A DNA stretch of 64,000 nucleotides, taken from assembly GCA_032128375.1 (NCBI GenBank), contig JAQBGU010000183.1:1-64000 (forward strand), given 5' to 3'. The position numbers and the translations under genes were made by a program. Position 1 is the stretch's first letter. The number at the start of each line of letters is the position of its first letter. The notes beneath the pieces were generated by a model. That model made no database searches. It saw only the letters and a program-made list of their open reading frames with translations, and was not told the origin of the DNA. Of the stretch, positions 49,201 through 58,799 are shown piece after piece. The stretch comes from Deltaproteobacteria bacterium (lineage in GTDB: Bacteria > Myxococcota_A > UBA9160 > SMWR01).

Positions 49201-49275
49201 CAGACAAGACCTACCCCCAACCGAAGTCGGCTGCGATGGGTCGAACCCGCTGCCGCAGGACGCTACTCGACATGA
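46204..49275 (+). CDS. DEAH helicase with DUF1998 (MrfA/YprA-like) fused to a YprB/MrfB-like exonuclease
   Basis: TPTASGKT, DELH, SAT, QRGGRVGR, HASEH, CSCEEGCPAC..C; C-terminal DLET, GFN...FD, YC..DV. Confidence 0.9.
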   Translation: MAEIGEFVRAIQAHRELRGAVAHHEVLRARPAQIEPKLSPAFEPLAHMLERSGIRGLYSHQARALELIESGENVVLSTPTASGKTLVYNLPVLRRALADRKSRALYVFPLKALEWDQRRRLERDIALLGDEASDIGVAIYDGDTPQSQRRKIRDNPPQVLITTPDMLHAGILPHHAAWKTFFEGLGLVALDELHTYRGIFGSHVAQVLRRLDRVARFHGTRPQFVASSATIANPGELATSLTGRRFSVVENSGAPLQQRQVLLFRPTGSAYTLAAQLFRLSIGLGLRTIAFTKARVITELIHSWVIEAEPDLEPKISSYRAGFLPEERREIETRLFSGELLGVISTSALELGIDVGGLDVCLLVGYPGSQVSTWQRGGRVGRSQEACIALIAQPDALDQYLVSHPRDFFDRAFEHAIADPHNPEILSAHLPCAAAEVPLRADEPWMIEPKMQQAVEGLEQAARLLRSESGHEWFAARRRPHLDVRLRQVGSSYAIALAGDSNQKTPSDHNARAKLIGTIGSANVFSECHEGAIYLHRGQQYAVTELDRDELVVWVRRVDMPHYTRALSEKQTEILSRDRTRPAGNFQVVQGRVKVTKTITGYERRRIRGQELLGTEPLDLPPTSFETVGIWLEFPDEIEQALKDAGRHVMGGIHASEHAALSLFPLFALCDRLDVAGISYVRHPQTKRAAIFFYDAVPGGVGLAASLFDRVEVLLDATCDLIADCSCEEGCPACVHSPRCGSGNRPIDKASAVIALRLLLARDPLPQLRDDRSGAPGDIEDPARAAVATDRSAPHVIYLDLETQRSAKDVGGWHNAHLMRVALAVTFDSKTLAFRTFHENEVHGLVESLKQADLIVGFNIVSFDYSVLRGYTDFDLKGLPTFDMLTAIHQRLGYRLALGHIAEQTLGVSKGGDGLQSLAWWKEGRLEEIERYCTQDVLLLRDLLDHAEQHGHLCFQTKRGDRVRLPAPWKIDELIEQTKSRSIQLADSPQINTSQTSSPQTRPTPNRSRLRWVEPAAAGRYST

Positions 49276-49703
49276 TTTCAGCAAACGACCCGCAGCGAAC
49301 CGTTCGGCTCGCTCACCGCATTGCACTCGGTGTGCTGGCGGGTTGTGCAGTGCTGATTGCGGCGCTCTCGTTGGCACTCTCCGAGGCATCTCCAGAATCA
49401 CACAGGTCGAGAACTCCGGCCCCGGTCTTCCCGTACACAGCGGTAGCGCTCGGTGTCGGCGCTATCGCGTGCCGACAGCAGGCCGTCTCGAACGCACGCC
49501 GCGGACACGCCACACCGATGCTTTCGATCGCTTGCTTTGCCCTCGCCGCCGGAATCGGTGTAGTGGGGCTGGCGCTGTTCTGGCTCGAAAGTCTGGTCCG
49601 CCCAGCGCTGCTGTACACAGTCGGCGGCGCGATCCTCGCGCTGCGCTCCCCAGCATCGATCCAAGCGGGCTCCGGAAGCGACGACTCGGGAGCCCATTTG
49701 TGA
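49272..49703 (+). CDS. Four-TM hypothetical membrane protein
   Basis: Hydrophobic ORF with ATGA overlap to the helicase stop. Confidence 0.6.
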   Translation: MISANDPQRTVRLAHRIALGVLAGCAVLIAALSLALSEASPESHRSRTPAPVFPYTAVALGVGAIACRQQAVSNARRGHATPMLSIACFALAAGIGVVGLALFWLESLVRPALLYTVGGAILALRSPASIQAGSGSDDSGAHL

Positions 49704-49918
49704 ACTGGAACCGCACGCGAAGCTGGTTTCCTGTCACCGACGAGATCATCTACCTCAACCACGCCGGGGTCGCCCCCATCTCGACCCGGGTCGCGGATGC
49801 GCTCAACCGCTACACCCGATCTCCCGGTCGTAAAATGCGTCGCAGTGAAGTGCACCGTAACGCGTCGCTTCCGCGAGACGTGGCGTCGGTAGTGGTCAGA
49901 TGGCATGTTCTGATTTGA
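49700..49918 (+). pseudogene. Truncated class V aminotransferase (cysteine desulfurase-like) 5' fragment
   Basis: FPVTDEIIYLNHAGVAP N-terminal motif; similarity ends after about 39 codons. Confidence 0.75.
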
Positions 49919-49943
49919 CGTCTCGCGTGCTGCGCCGTAGTCT
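49915..49943 (+). promoter_or_regulatory. Sigma70 promoter for tRNA-Leu
   Basis: TTGACG-N17-TAGTCT with GC-rich discriminator. Confidence 0.7.
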
Positions 49944-49954
49944 CCGGCGCCGCT

Positions 49955-50041
49955 GCCCGGGTGGCGGAATTGGTAGACGCGCTAGGTTCAGGGCCTAGTA
50001 TTCGCAAGGATGTGCTGGTTCGACTCCAGTCCCGGGCACCA
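49955..50041 (+). tRNA. tRNA-Leu(CAG)
   Basis: Acceptor GCCCGGG/CCCGGGC, anticodon stem CTAGG-TTCAGGG-CCTAG, long variable arm, GGTTCGACT, CCA. Confidence 0.96.
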
Positions 50042-50153
50042 CTTCCTCTCCTACAGGACGGGTCACCCGTTCTGAGCCCCTGTTCCGGCCATCGTCTTCT
50101 GGTGCTCGTTTGGTGGCTCTCGTTTCCTGGCCGCCTTTTCTGGGGGGGGCGGG

Positions 50154-50181
50154 TTGACCAACCCTGCTCCGCGCTTAGCCT
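50154..50181 (+). promoter_or_regulatory. Putative sigma70 promoter for lon
   Basis: TTGACC-N16-TAGCCT upstream of a GGAGGT RBS. Confidence 0.5.
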
Positions 50182-50210
50182 TCGTCAATTGTTCGTCTAA
50201 CGGAGGTGTT

Positions 50211-52682
50211 TTGGCCGATTCCGACAACCCATTCCAGACCGTGATTGCGGCAGGCCAAGCAGACCTCGAAATTCCGATGGAATTGCCGGTACTGCCAGTC
50301 CGGGACGTCGTCGTGTTCCCCGGGGTGACGGTGCCGTTGGCGATCGGTCGTGCTCGCTCGCTGGCCGCCCTCGAGATCGCGGGTGATGGCGGCTTCATGA
50401 TTGTCGCCACCCAGCGGGACCCCGAAATGGAGGACCCGCAGGTTGCCGACCTGTACGATGTCGGTTGCATCGTGCGAGTGGTCCGGATCATCGATGCGCG
50501 GCGCGATGGCAAACAGGCGATCGTCGCCGGCGTCGCGCGGACCCGGCTCGGCCCCGCGATCGAGCAATCGCCCGCAATCACAATGCGGATCGATCCGCTG
50601 GCAGACGCTGACCCCGAAACGCCCGAATTCGCGGGTCTGTGGCGGCGAGTTGTCGAACTGGCCCAGCGCGTCATCGATCTGCACCCCGACTATCCAGACG
50701 AATGGAAGGCATTCGTGTCGGGCATTCCCAGTGGCGGGCTGACCGCAGATGTCGTCGCAGCAACGCTCCCGCTGCCGCCGGAAGTCAAGGCCGAGCTGCT
50801 TGCCGAGGCGGACGCGGGGCTGCGGCTGCGGCGCGTCGCGACCAGTTTGGAGCGCGAAGTCACCATTGCGGAAACCCAGCGCACGCTGAGTAGCAAATCC
50901 GACGCCGAAGACATGGAACCGGTTCGACGCGAACGGCTGTTGCGACGCCGAATGCGCGAGATCGAACACGAGCTCGGTGAGTCCGACCCCAATATCCGCG
51001 AAGCCGAAGAACTCCGCGAGCGGATCGAGGCGGCCGAGCTGCCAGATGCGGCGCTCGAGCAGGCCGAACGGGAGCTGAGCCGTCTCGCAGCGCTGCCTCA
51101 GCACGCCCCGGACCGTCACTTGATTCGCACCTACATCGAGTGGATGGCCGACCTGCCCTGGTCGAAGGAATCCGAGGACAAGCTCGATCTGATTCTCGCT
51201 CGCGATGTGCTCGATGCCGACCACCACAGCCTGGAAAAGGTGAAGGATCGCATTCTGGAGTTCCTGGCTGTCAGAAAGCTGGCGCCACAGGCCAAGAGTC
51301 CGATCCTGTGTTTCGTCGGACCACCGGGGGTCGGCAAGACGTCGCTCGGTCGCTCGATTGCGCGCGCGATGGGCCGCAGCTTCGCGCGGGCCTCACTCGG
51401 GGGTGTCCGCGACGAAGCCGAGGTGCGCGGCCACCGGCGCACCTACGTGGGTGCCATGCCCGGCCGAATCATCCAGAGCATTCGACGCGCAGGAACCCGG
51501 AACCCGGTCTTCCTACTCGACGAGATCGATAAGCTGGGTGGAGATTTTCGTGGCGATCCGTCATCTGCACTCCTCGAAGTACTCGACCCGGAGCAAAATC
51601 AATCGTTCAGCGATCACTACATCGAGGTGCCGTTCGATCTATCGAAAGTGCTGTTCATTGCCACCGCGAACACACTGTCGACGATCCCCCCGGCGCTGCT
51701 GGACCGGATGGAAGTGATCGAACTCCACGGATATACCGAACGGGACAAGCGCGTCATCGCGCATCAACACCTGATTCCGCGCCAAATCGAGGCACATGGC
51801 CTGCGGCCCGAGCAACTCAGCGTCAGCGATGAGGCGATCGAAAAAGTGGTCCGCGAATACACGCGCGAAGCCGGTGTGCGAAATCTCGATCGCCACATCG
51901 CGCACTTGATGCGCAAGGTGGCATCACACGTCGTAGGGGCCGCGAAGTATCCAGAACCGGGCTCTGCTGAACCAGGCTCGCTCGTTCAGAACGCTCCCAA
52001 ACACGGCCCGCTCGCACAACGCAGTGTTGATCCCATCTCGATCGACGAGGCATTCGTCGCGAATGCACTCGGTGCACCGCCGCACCTGCCGGCCACTGCT
52101 GAGCGTACCGTCCTGCCGGGTGTCGCGGTCGGTCTCGCCCACACGGGACATGGAGGGGAAATTCTTTTCATCGAAGCTGCGGTGCTTCCCGGTGGTGACG
52201 GAATCCGACTGCGACTGACGGGCCAGCTCGGAGATGTGATGCGCGAGTCGGCCGAGGCCGCGCTTTCGTGGGTTCGGTCGAATGCCGAGGCACTCGAGCT
52301 TCCCAAGCACGCCCTCGATCCTTGCGAAATTCATCTGCATGTCCCTGCGGGCGCGGTGCCGAAGGACGGGCCTTCAGCGGGTGTCACGATCGTCACCGCA
52401 CTGGTGTCGGCGCTGTGCGGGCGCAAGGCGCGCGGCGACGTCGCGATGACGGGCGAAATTTCGTTGCGGGGTCGCGTACTGCCGGTAGGCGGAATCAAAG
52501 ACAAGGTGCTCGCCGCAGCGCGCGCAGGCATCGAAACCGTCATTCTACCCAAGCGCAACGCAAAGGACCTCGTCGACATCCCCGACGAAGTTCTGAACCA
52601 GTTGAATCTTCGGCTGGTCGATGAAATCAGTGGCGTTCTCGCCTACGCACTGGAGCCAGAGTCGGCGCCGAGCGAGACCTGA
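50211..52682 (+). CDS. lon: ATP-dependent Lon protease
   Basis: LON N-domain, GPPGVGKT, DEIDK, PKDGPSAG, catalytic K; TTG start after GGAGGT. Confidence 0.96.
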   Translation: MADSDNPFQTVIAAGQADLEIPMELPVLPVRDVVVFPGVTVPLAIGRARSLAALEIAGDGGFMIVATQRDPEMEDPQVADLYDVGCIVRVVRIIDARRDGKQAIVAGVARTRLGPAIEQSPAITMRIDPLADADPETPEFAGLWRRVVELAQRVIDLHPDYPDEWKAFVSGIPSGGLTADVVAATLPLPPEVKAELLAEADAGLRLRRVATSLEREVTIAETQRTLSSKSDAEDMEPVRRERLLRRRMREIEHELGESDPNIREAEELRERIEAAELPDAALEQAERELSRLAALPQHAPDRHLIRTYIEWMADLPWSKESEDKLDLILARDVLDADHHSLEKVKDRILEFLAVRKLAPQAKSPILCFVGPPGVGKTSLGRSIARAMGRSFARASLGGVRDEAEVRGHRRTYVGAMPGRIIQSIRRAGTRNPVFLLDEIDKLGGDFRGDPSSALLEVLDPEQNQSFSDHYIEVPFDLSKVLFIATANTLSTIPPALLDRMEVIELHGYTERDKRVIAHQHLIPRQIEAHGLRPEQLSVSDEAIEKVVREYTREAGVRNLDRHIAHLMRKVASHVVGAAKYPEPGSAEPGSLVQNAPKHGPLAQRSVDPISIDEAFVANALGAPPHLPATAERTVLPGVAVGLAHTGHGGEILFIEAAVLPGGDGIRLRLTGQLGDVMRESAEAALSWVRSNAEALELPKHALDPCEIHLHVPAGAVPKDGPSAGVTIVTALVSALCGRKARGDVAMTGEISLRGRVLPVGGIKDKVLAAARAGIETVILPKRNAKDLVDIPDEVLNQLNLRLVDEISGVLAYALEPESAPSET

Positions 52683-52753
52683 GAAGGCTGGCCGCGGCGC
52701 TTCTTCGCTACCCGAAAATGGCTGGTTCCCGAGCAGTCAGCGGATGGGTTGGA

Positions 52754-53986
52754 TCACTCGGACTCGAAGTCGTCTGCGTCCACGGCCGCTCGCAGTTCGT
52801 CGAGGAAGTTCGGCAGCGCGGAGGTCACTCGGTTCCAGTTGGGAATCTGTGGCTGGCCCATCGGGTCGCGCACGAAACTCAATCCCGCAGCGTTGAGTGC
52901 GCGAGAAAACGTCTCGACGGAAACCTCTTCTTCGTGGCGATCGAACCTCAACCCATTCAACGCGGCATCGTCGCTGTACGAAGCGATTGCGTCCTGGGCC
53001 ATGCGGGTATAGGCCGCGGTCAGGGTATTGAGAAAGCCGGCGTCGAACTCTACACCGTATGAGGCGAGATTGCGGATCAACGACGAGGCGATATCAAACA
53101 CCATCCGGTGAAGGCCGGTCGTCACATCGTCTTCCGACAACTGGCGGTGCTTGTGGTCGTAGTTCTCGACGATCTCGACCTGACACACGCGCTTGAGCGA
53201 GCAGTTTCGGAACACCTCCGTAAGCATCCCGACCTCGAGCCCCCAGTCACTCGGAATCCGATTGATACGCGCGAGATCGGTCGTCATCGAACACTCGCCC
53301 GCCAGCGGGTAGCGAAATGAATCCAGGTACTCGAGTAACGGATGCGAACCGAGCACGGCCTTGAGCGCCTTCAGTAATGGCCCCACGAACAGCCGCGTCA
53401 CGCGACCGTTGAGCCTGTCGGTCACCCGGGCGTAATAGCCCTTAGCGAACTCATAGTGAAGATTCGGATTGGCGGTTGGATAACACAGCCGAGCCAGTAG
53501 TTCGCGGTCGTAATCCAGGATGTCGCAATCGTGAACCGCGATCACCCGCGACACATTGGACGCCAACACGTAGCCGTAAGCGAGCCAAGTCGCTCGGCCT
53601 TTGCCGTTGCTGCCCGGGTCCAGACCTTCGTCGCGCAACACGTCGAGCAGCGCTTCGACACGAGATCCGCTGTTCCACAGCAGCACGGGCGGATCACCAT
53701 TGGTCGTTTCCACGCCCTCGAACAGATGCCTCATCTCTTCGTAATCGGACCGCTCCTGGGTTCCGGACACGCTGACGACGATCTCTCGCAAGTACCGAAC
53801 GCCGCGCAGTGCGTCGACAATGCCCTTCAACGCCGGACCGCGAATTTCCGAAAACAGACAGGGCAGCACCAGCGCGATCGGCCGCTGCCGGCCGTAGCGG
53901 AACAACTCCGCTTCGAGCTGCTCGATCCGCTTGTCACCGAGTCGGTGAAGTGTCGTGATTACGCCACTCTGATAGAAGTCCGCCAT
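52754..53986 (-). CDS. gpgS: Glucosyl-3-phosphoglycerate synthase-like glycosyltransferase
   Basis: MADFYQSGVITTLH, GKGR, HDCDI, KGYY.R, GRVTRL, YPLAGE, WGLEVG, YDHKH. Confidence 0.78.
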   Translation of the reverse strand: MADFYQSGVITTLHRLGDKRIEQLEAELFRYGRQRPIALVLPCLFSEIRGPALKGIVDALRGVRYLREIVVSVSGTQERSDYEEMRHLFEGVETTNGDPPVLLWNSGSRVEALLDVLRDEGLDPGSNGKGRATWLAYGYVLASNVSRVIAVHDCDILDYDRELLARLCYPTANPNLHYEFAKGYYARVTDRLNGRVTRLFVGPLLKALKAVLGSHPLLEYLDSFRYPLAGECSMTTDLARINRIPSDWGLEVGMLTEVFRNCSLKRVCQVEIVENYDHKHRQLSEDDVTTGLHRMVFDIASSLIRNLASYGVEFDAGFLNTLTAAYTRMAQDAIASYSDDAALNGLRFDRHEEEVSVETFSRALNAAGLSFVRDPMGQPQIPNWNRVTSALPNFLDELRAAVDADDFESE

Positions 53987-54095
53987 CGCGCGCACGACAG
54001 TCGCACCCGCGAGGAGGCACTGTCAAGCCGAATCAAACCATGTTGCTCAGTGCCAGAATGCGAAACGAAGCGGGTGTTTGGGGGCCTCGACGGGT

Positions 54096-54434
54096 TCAGC
54101 CGACTTCGATGCCCGCGACGTCTTCGAGCAATGCGACAGCCATGGGGTCGATTTCAACGAATGCGAGACCGACATCCGTGGTAATCGGGTCGATTTCGGT
54201 CGCCCAGGTGACGCGCCCCACAGCCACGACTGTGTGATCGCCCAGGTTGAACGTCACGCGCAGCAGGTCGTCGAGGTCGATCTCACATCCGATGGCTTCG
54301 AAGCGAATCCCGCCGGGAGACAAGTCTCGGCCGACGCCGAGAAGATCGCGCTCTTCGACCGGTGCAAACGAAATGACATGATCCGTCTGGATCCGCTGAA
54401 ACTTGCGGCGCTCGTCAATTTGCGACTTTCCCAT
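54096..54434 (-). CDS. Stand-alone PilZ-domain protein
   Basis: RRKFQR (RxxxR) and DLSPGG (DxSxxG). Confidence 0.88.
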   Translation of the reverse strand: MGKSQIDERRKFQRIQTDHVISFAPVEERDLLGVGRDLSPGGIRFEAIGCEIDLDDLLRVTFNLGDHTVVAVGRVTWATEIDPITTDVGLAFVEIDPMAVALLEDVAGIEVG

Positions 54435-54526
54435 GCGCAGCCCCCAAGCCAGCAAGTGTCAACGTTTCCTTCCATCGGTTGGTGGGCCTGGGCACTTGAG
54501 CTGGGCGGGCGATGAAGATTCGCTGG

Positions 54527-55585
54527 CTAGCGGGGAAACAGATCGAGTTGCCGATCCAATTCTGAATGGAACCCCAGACGCCCGAGCGTGATCCCGACAC
54601 CCCGAGACGGCCGCGAGCCCGCTTGCGTGCGCGCCAGCAGGCGAATTGCGACCGCGTGGATTTCGGCAGAGCTTCGGACCGGGGTGCTCAGCGTCTGGCT
54701 GCGGGAGGTTGTCGCTCTGTCCGCGAATCGGACTTTCACCGCGACCCGAGCCGCCGACAGGCCCTCTGCGCGCAGCTCTCCCTCCAGTCGAACCGACAAA
54801 TCCAACAGATGCGCGATCAGCACATCGAAATCCAGCGATTCTCCCACACTCGCCTCGCGGCTGAGACTCTGTGCGTGGCGGATCACCCGAACCGGCCGGT
54901 CGTCGATTCCAGACGCGAACGCGTAGATACGCAAGCCGTGCGGGCCCAAGGATTCCTGCAGTCGTTCGCGGCCAACGGCTCGAAGCTCTCCGATTCGGCG
55001 CGCACCGAGTTCGGCAAGCGCCGCGGCCGTCTTATCGCCAACCCCTTCGAGGCGCGTCACTGGAAGAGCGCTCAAAAATTCGATCTCCGCTTCCGGGGCC
55101 AGCTGCATCACCCCATCGACACCGACTTCTTCGGCCGCCAATCGAGCCAACAACTTGCCCGACGCGATACCGACCCTGAGCGGCAATCGCAATTCTTCTG
55201 CGACCGCCGATCGAAGCTTCGCCGCGACCTCGGCTGGCGCCCGCCCTGCCAGCCCCGGCTCAAAATAGGCCCCGCCGAGACCGAAGGTTTCGAGTCCCTC
55301 GAGCCCGCGCCGCATACACGAAAACAACCGTCGCGACACCTCGCGGTAGCGGCGCATGTCGGTACGCGTCGCCCGGGCTTCTGGACACAGCCTCAGCGCG
55401 TCGACCACCTGCATGTCCAGCTGCACGCCGGCGGCCAACGCTTCGGGGCTCGCTCCTGCCACCAGGCCCCGCTTGCGAGGATCTCCGCCGACGATGACCG
55501 GCCGGCTCGCCACGGCTACGTCATCGCTGCGTTCGACACTCGCGTAGAAGCTCGCAACCTCCGCGAACAGCACGGTACGGCTCAC
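54527..55585 (-). CDS. dinB: DinB/Pol IV-like Y-family protein with degenerate active site
   Basis: FYASVE, PVIVGG, GVG.KT, little finger, C-terminal QLDLF; SLDEA replaced by GLGGA. Confidence 0.85.
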   Translation of the reverse strand: MSRTVLFAEVASFYASVERSDDVAVASRPVIVGGDPRKRGLVAGASPEALAAGVQLDMQVVDALRLCPEARATRTDMRRYREVSRRLFSCMRRGLEGLETFGLGGAYFEPGLAGRAPAEVAAKLRSAVAEELRLPLRVGIASGKLLARLAAEEVGVDGVMQLAPEAEIEFLSALPVTRLEGVGDKTAAALAELGARRIGELRAVGRERLQESLGPHGLRIYAFASGIDDRPVRVIRHAQSLSREASVGESLDFDVLIAHLLDLSVRLEGELRAEGLSAARVAVKVRFADRATTSRSQTLSTPVRSSAEIHAVAIRLLARTQAGSRPSRGVGITLGRLGFHSELDRQLDLFPR

Positions 55586-58109
55586 GGGGCGGGCTGCAAT
55601 GTCAGCCGGCGCGGGCCGAGTTCCCGGACCAAGACTTTGTCGCTGGTCATTAGCCCAGCGTGTCCACGCAACCAGTCCGACAGGTTGTCGCGATAGTGGG
55701 GATGCTGGGGATGCTCTGACTGGCCGGGCGCGATCGCCACCAGCGACTTGTCCAGCGAGCCGACGTCGACCACGATTCGAAACGTCGAGGCGACGCGCAC
55801 GTCGAACGTGTCGGAATTTTGAAACTCTCCGGTGTTCACGCTGTCAGAACTCCCCCCGTAAGGAAGCTCGAACATCGCTTCCATTCGCTCGCCACGGCGG
55901 TCCGGCCCAAACGCGCGAAAGCTCAATCGGTGCAAGCGACCCCACCCCCATTTGTCGTGGTTGGCGCCGAGCCGGTAGGAGAGCTGAAGCCAGGTATCGC
56001 GGAGGCTCTGTCGCACCGCTTCGTGAATCTGCCTCGGAGCCACTTCCTCCAATGCCTGAAGCTCGCCCGCACTCGCCAGCCGCAGCAACTCGACCAGCAC
56101 CGCATGGGTGTCTACCTGGCGAAGCGCGCGGTAGCGCCGCGTCAACTCATCGCCGATGCTGAGCCGCAGCAAACTGGCGGTCAGGTTTTCGACGAAGACG
56201 TGGTATGCGCTCGAACCGACACTCCCCGGAGTCGAACGTCCGTCCCAATCGCGCAGCAGCGAAACCACGTCTCGCGCCTGAATCGACCATTCCTGCTCTG
56301 GACCGGCCAACGCCAGTGCGGAAGCGACCAGTTTCGGCGCACGCTGAGAAACCACATCTGCCTGCAGCGCCGCCATGCGACGCAGGTCGACCCCACCGCG
56401 CTTGGATTCGGCGCGCAGTAGCGCCTCGATGCGTTGGGTCCTGGCACCCGATCGCCACAACCAATCGATCTTGGCTCGTCCGCGCCACCGGACAGGGGGT
56501 TATCGGCGGCGATCACCCAGTTGTGCCCTGATGAGTCCGGTAGCTGCTCGAAGGGCACCCTGCCCCCCCAGTCGTACCAACGCGCGCGACCCGGCAGCGG
56601 CACGAGATCGGTCGGCAGTGGACGTACCGGCAGCCAACCCGCGACCTGCAGTCCCCGGCTACCGCTGCCGTCGGCGTAAACCACTGCCAGCGGCGGCTCG
56701 TGATGCTCGGAAAGAGCGACGAGCAGCGCCTCTGCACTCTCGGCCCTGGCCACGCCGGTCATCGACACGACCGGGGATTTTACGTCCGGCAGAGCTCCGA
56801 CCCAGGCCAACGCTAGCGGTTCATTTTCGTCCGCCAGCAGCGTGTGAATCAGTGGCCCATGGCGGGTGGTGCGCACCTCTAATGGCTCGGTGGTTCCACG
56901 CTGAATGGCCAGGCTCTCGCTTCGCACGACAACGGCGCGCCAGCGACTTCCGTCGTGGTATTGGCCAGGGTCCGCCTCTCCGAGCTTTTCTTCGAAGAGG
57001 TCGATCGTCGCCGCGTTCGCATGCGTCGACGCCCATGCGACGTGGCGGTTGTAGCCGGTCCAAAACACCGGAATGCCCGGAATCGCTGCACCGGTCGCTT
57101 CGAAATCACCGCCTCTAATCTGCGACACGTGTAGCAGCGAAGGCGCCGTAGGCTCCAAATGGGAGTCCGCAGCCAATATCGGATGGCCACTCTCGGTGCT
57201 GTGGCCGTCGAGCACCCAGGCGCTGCTACCGACGCCGCGTCCATCGAGTCCCATTCCACGAGCCAGTTGCGTGAGCCCCGAGGCCTGTCTCGAGCGTTGA
57301 ACGGAAGTCTGGGCGCCGTTCTGCTGCCAGACACGGGTCCCACGACCCACGCGATTGTTCAGACCGTGAGGCACGGCGAGGTCGAGACCCGCCGTGACCT
57401 CGCCCGCGGAGCGATCCGCCCCCGCGCCGCTCCCGTTGGGAAAGAACACTTTGGCCGCTCGACTTCCCAGACGTCCGTTGATATCGCGAAGCACCAGGCT
57501 CGCCGCGACGCTGTTGGCGAGGTTCCAGCTGTAGAGCTTGGCGAGCGCCAGTGAATCGGCCGGCTGCCACGGCTCGAGCGGATCCAGAGCCCTCATCGCA
57601 ACCGGCGGTTCCGCCTGGCCGGCCCGAACCCGATCGATGTGTGCATTTACACCCGCCGCGTAGGCGACCAACAGATCGCGCGACGCCGGGTCCATGCGCT
57701 CGAATTGGGCGTCGGCGAGCCTGCCGAATGCGATCGTACGGGCCCAGCGATCGGCCTCCAGCGCGTCGCGTCCAACGATCTCGGCACTCCGACCGCGGGC
57801 GCTCATCCGGAGCGTCAACATCTGCGCAAGCCGATCCTGGGCGTGGACGAACCCCCAACCAAAGAACGCATCCGCTGCGGAGTGCGCCTCGACGTGGGGA
57901 AACCCGCGCGCATCGCGGCTGATCTGAAGCTCGCCGGCCAGGCCTCGCACAGCGACGCGGCCCTCCTCGATCGGAAATGCCGCCCGTTGTGCCGTGTGTT
58001 CGCGAAAGGAATGAAACGCCGTCCAGGCGACACCCAGCGACATTGCGAGCCAAAAAATCGGCCAGCCCCCTACCCGAGCCCAGCGGGTCCGCCTCCCCGA
58101 GCGACTCAC
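55582..58109 (-). pseudogene. Penicillin acylase (Ntn hydrolase) family gene with one frameshift near 56461-56500
   Basis: RD..G.PH, AQDRL.QM, GSSAW, RHGP in ORF 56181-58109; WG.LH and PGQSEHPQHPHY in ORF 55582-56460. Confidence 0.85.
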
Positions 58110-58504
58110 ACGCGATTCCGTTCGAACACCACCATCGCGATCGCGTGACTGCGGGTGCGGCTTACGGCGACGTGGTGCCGCGATACGCCGAGTTCGTCCG
58201 CGATTTCGCCGGCGCGGCCGTGGAACTGAAGCGCAAGCCGCGTCCGGTTCGCACCGGCCATCTGTTCGATTGTCTCAATATCCACCCAACGCACGCCATT
58301 CGCCCAGCCGGTTCCAAGCGCCTTCATCACCGCCTCCTTAACGGCGAATCGAAGCGCAAAGTGAGGACTGGGACGGCGGAAACTTCGACAGGTAGCGATC
58401 TCATCCTCCGCGAACACGCGGCGCTCGAAGCGGTCACCCGTGCGCATCAAGGCGCGTTCAATGCGGGCGATCTCGATGACGTCGACTCCACTCCCGACGA
58501 TCAT
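58106..58504 (-). CDS. acpS: Holo-ACP synthase
   Basis: MIVGSGVDVIEIARI, RFAVKEAVMKALGTG. Confidence 0.92.
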   Translation of the reverse strand: MIVGSGVDVIEIARIERALMRTGDRFERRVFAEDEIATCRSFRRPSPHFALRFAVKEAVMKALGTGWANGVRWVDIETIEQMAGANRTRLALQFHGRAGEIADELGVSRHHVAVSRTRSHAIAMVVFERNRV

Positions 58505-58799
58505 TTGCCCCCCAGGCAGATCCCACGCGCCACGGCATTGACGCGCATCGCCAGCCCGCCCACCCGCACACCGCCCATGCGCCGAGCCCCCACTTGCGCG
58601 AATCCCGTTCCGGAATCGCACTCACAGCCGGGACGCCGCTGCGTAGCTTAGCGGCAATGGGCGAGGAGTCTGCGCCATGGCGCGATGCGACTTCATCGGC
58701 ACTGACACCGAAAACTTCAGAAATCGCGGTGTTGGCGACGCGGGAGTTGCACGGTTACTCTGCCGGCCCGCGAGCTCGAGGCTCGAGGAGGAAGGACGA

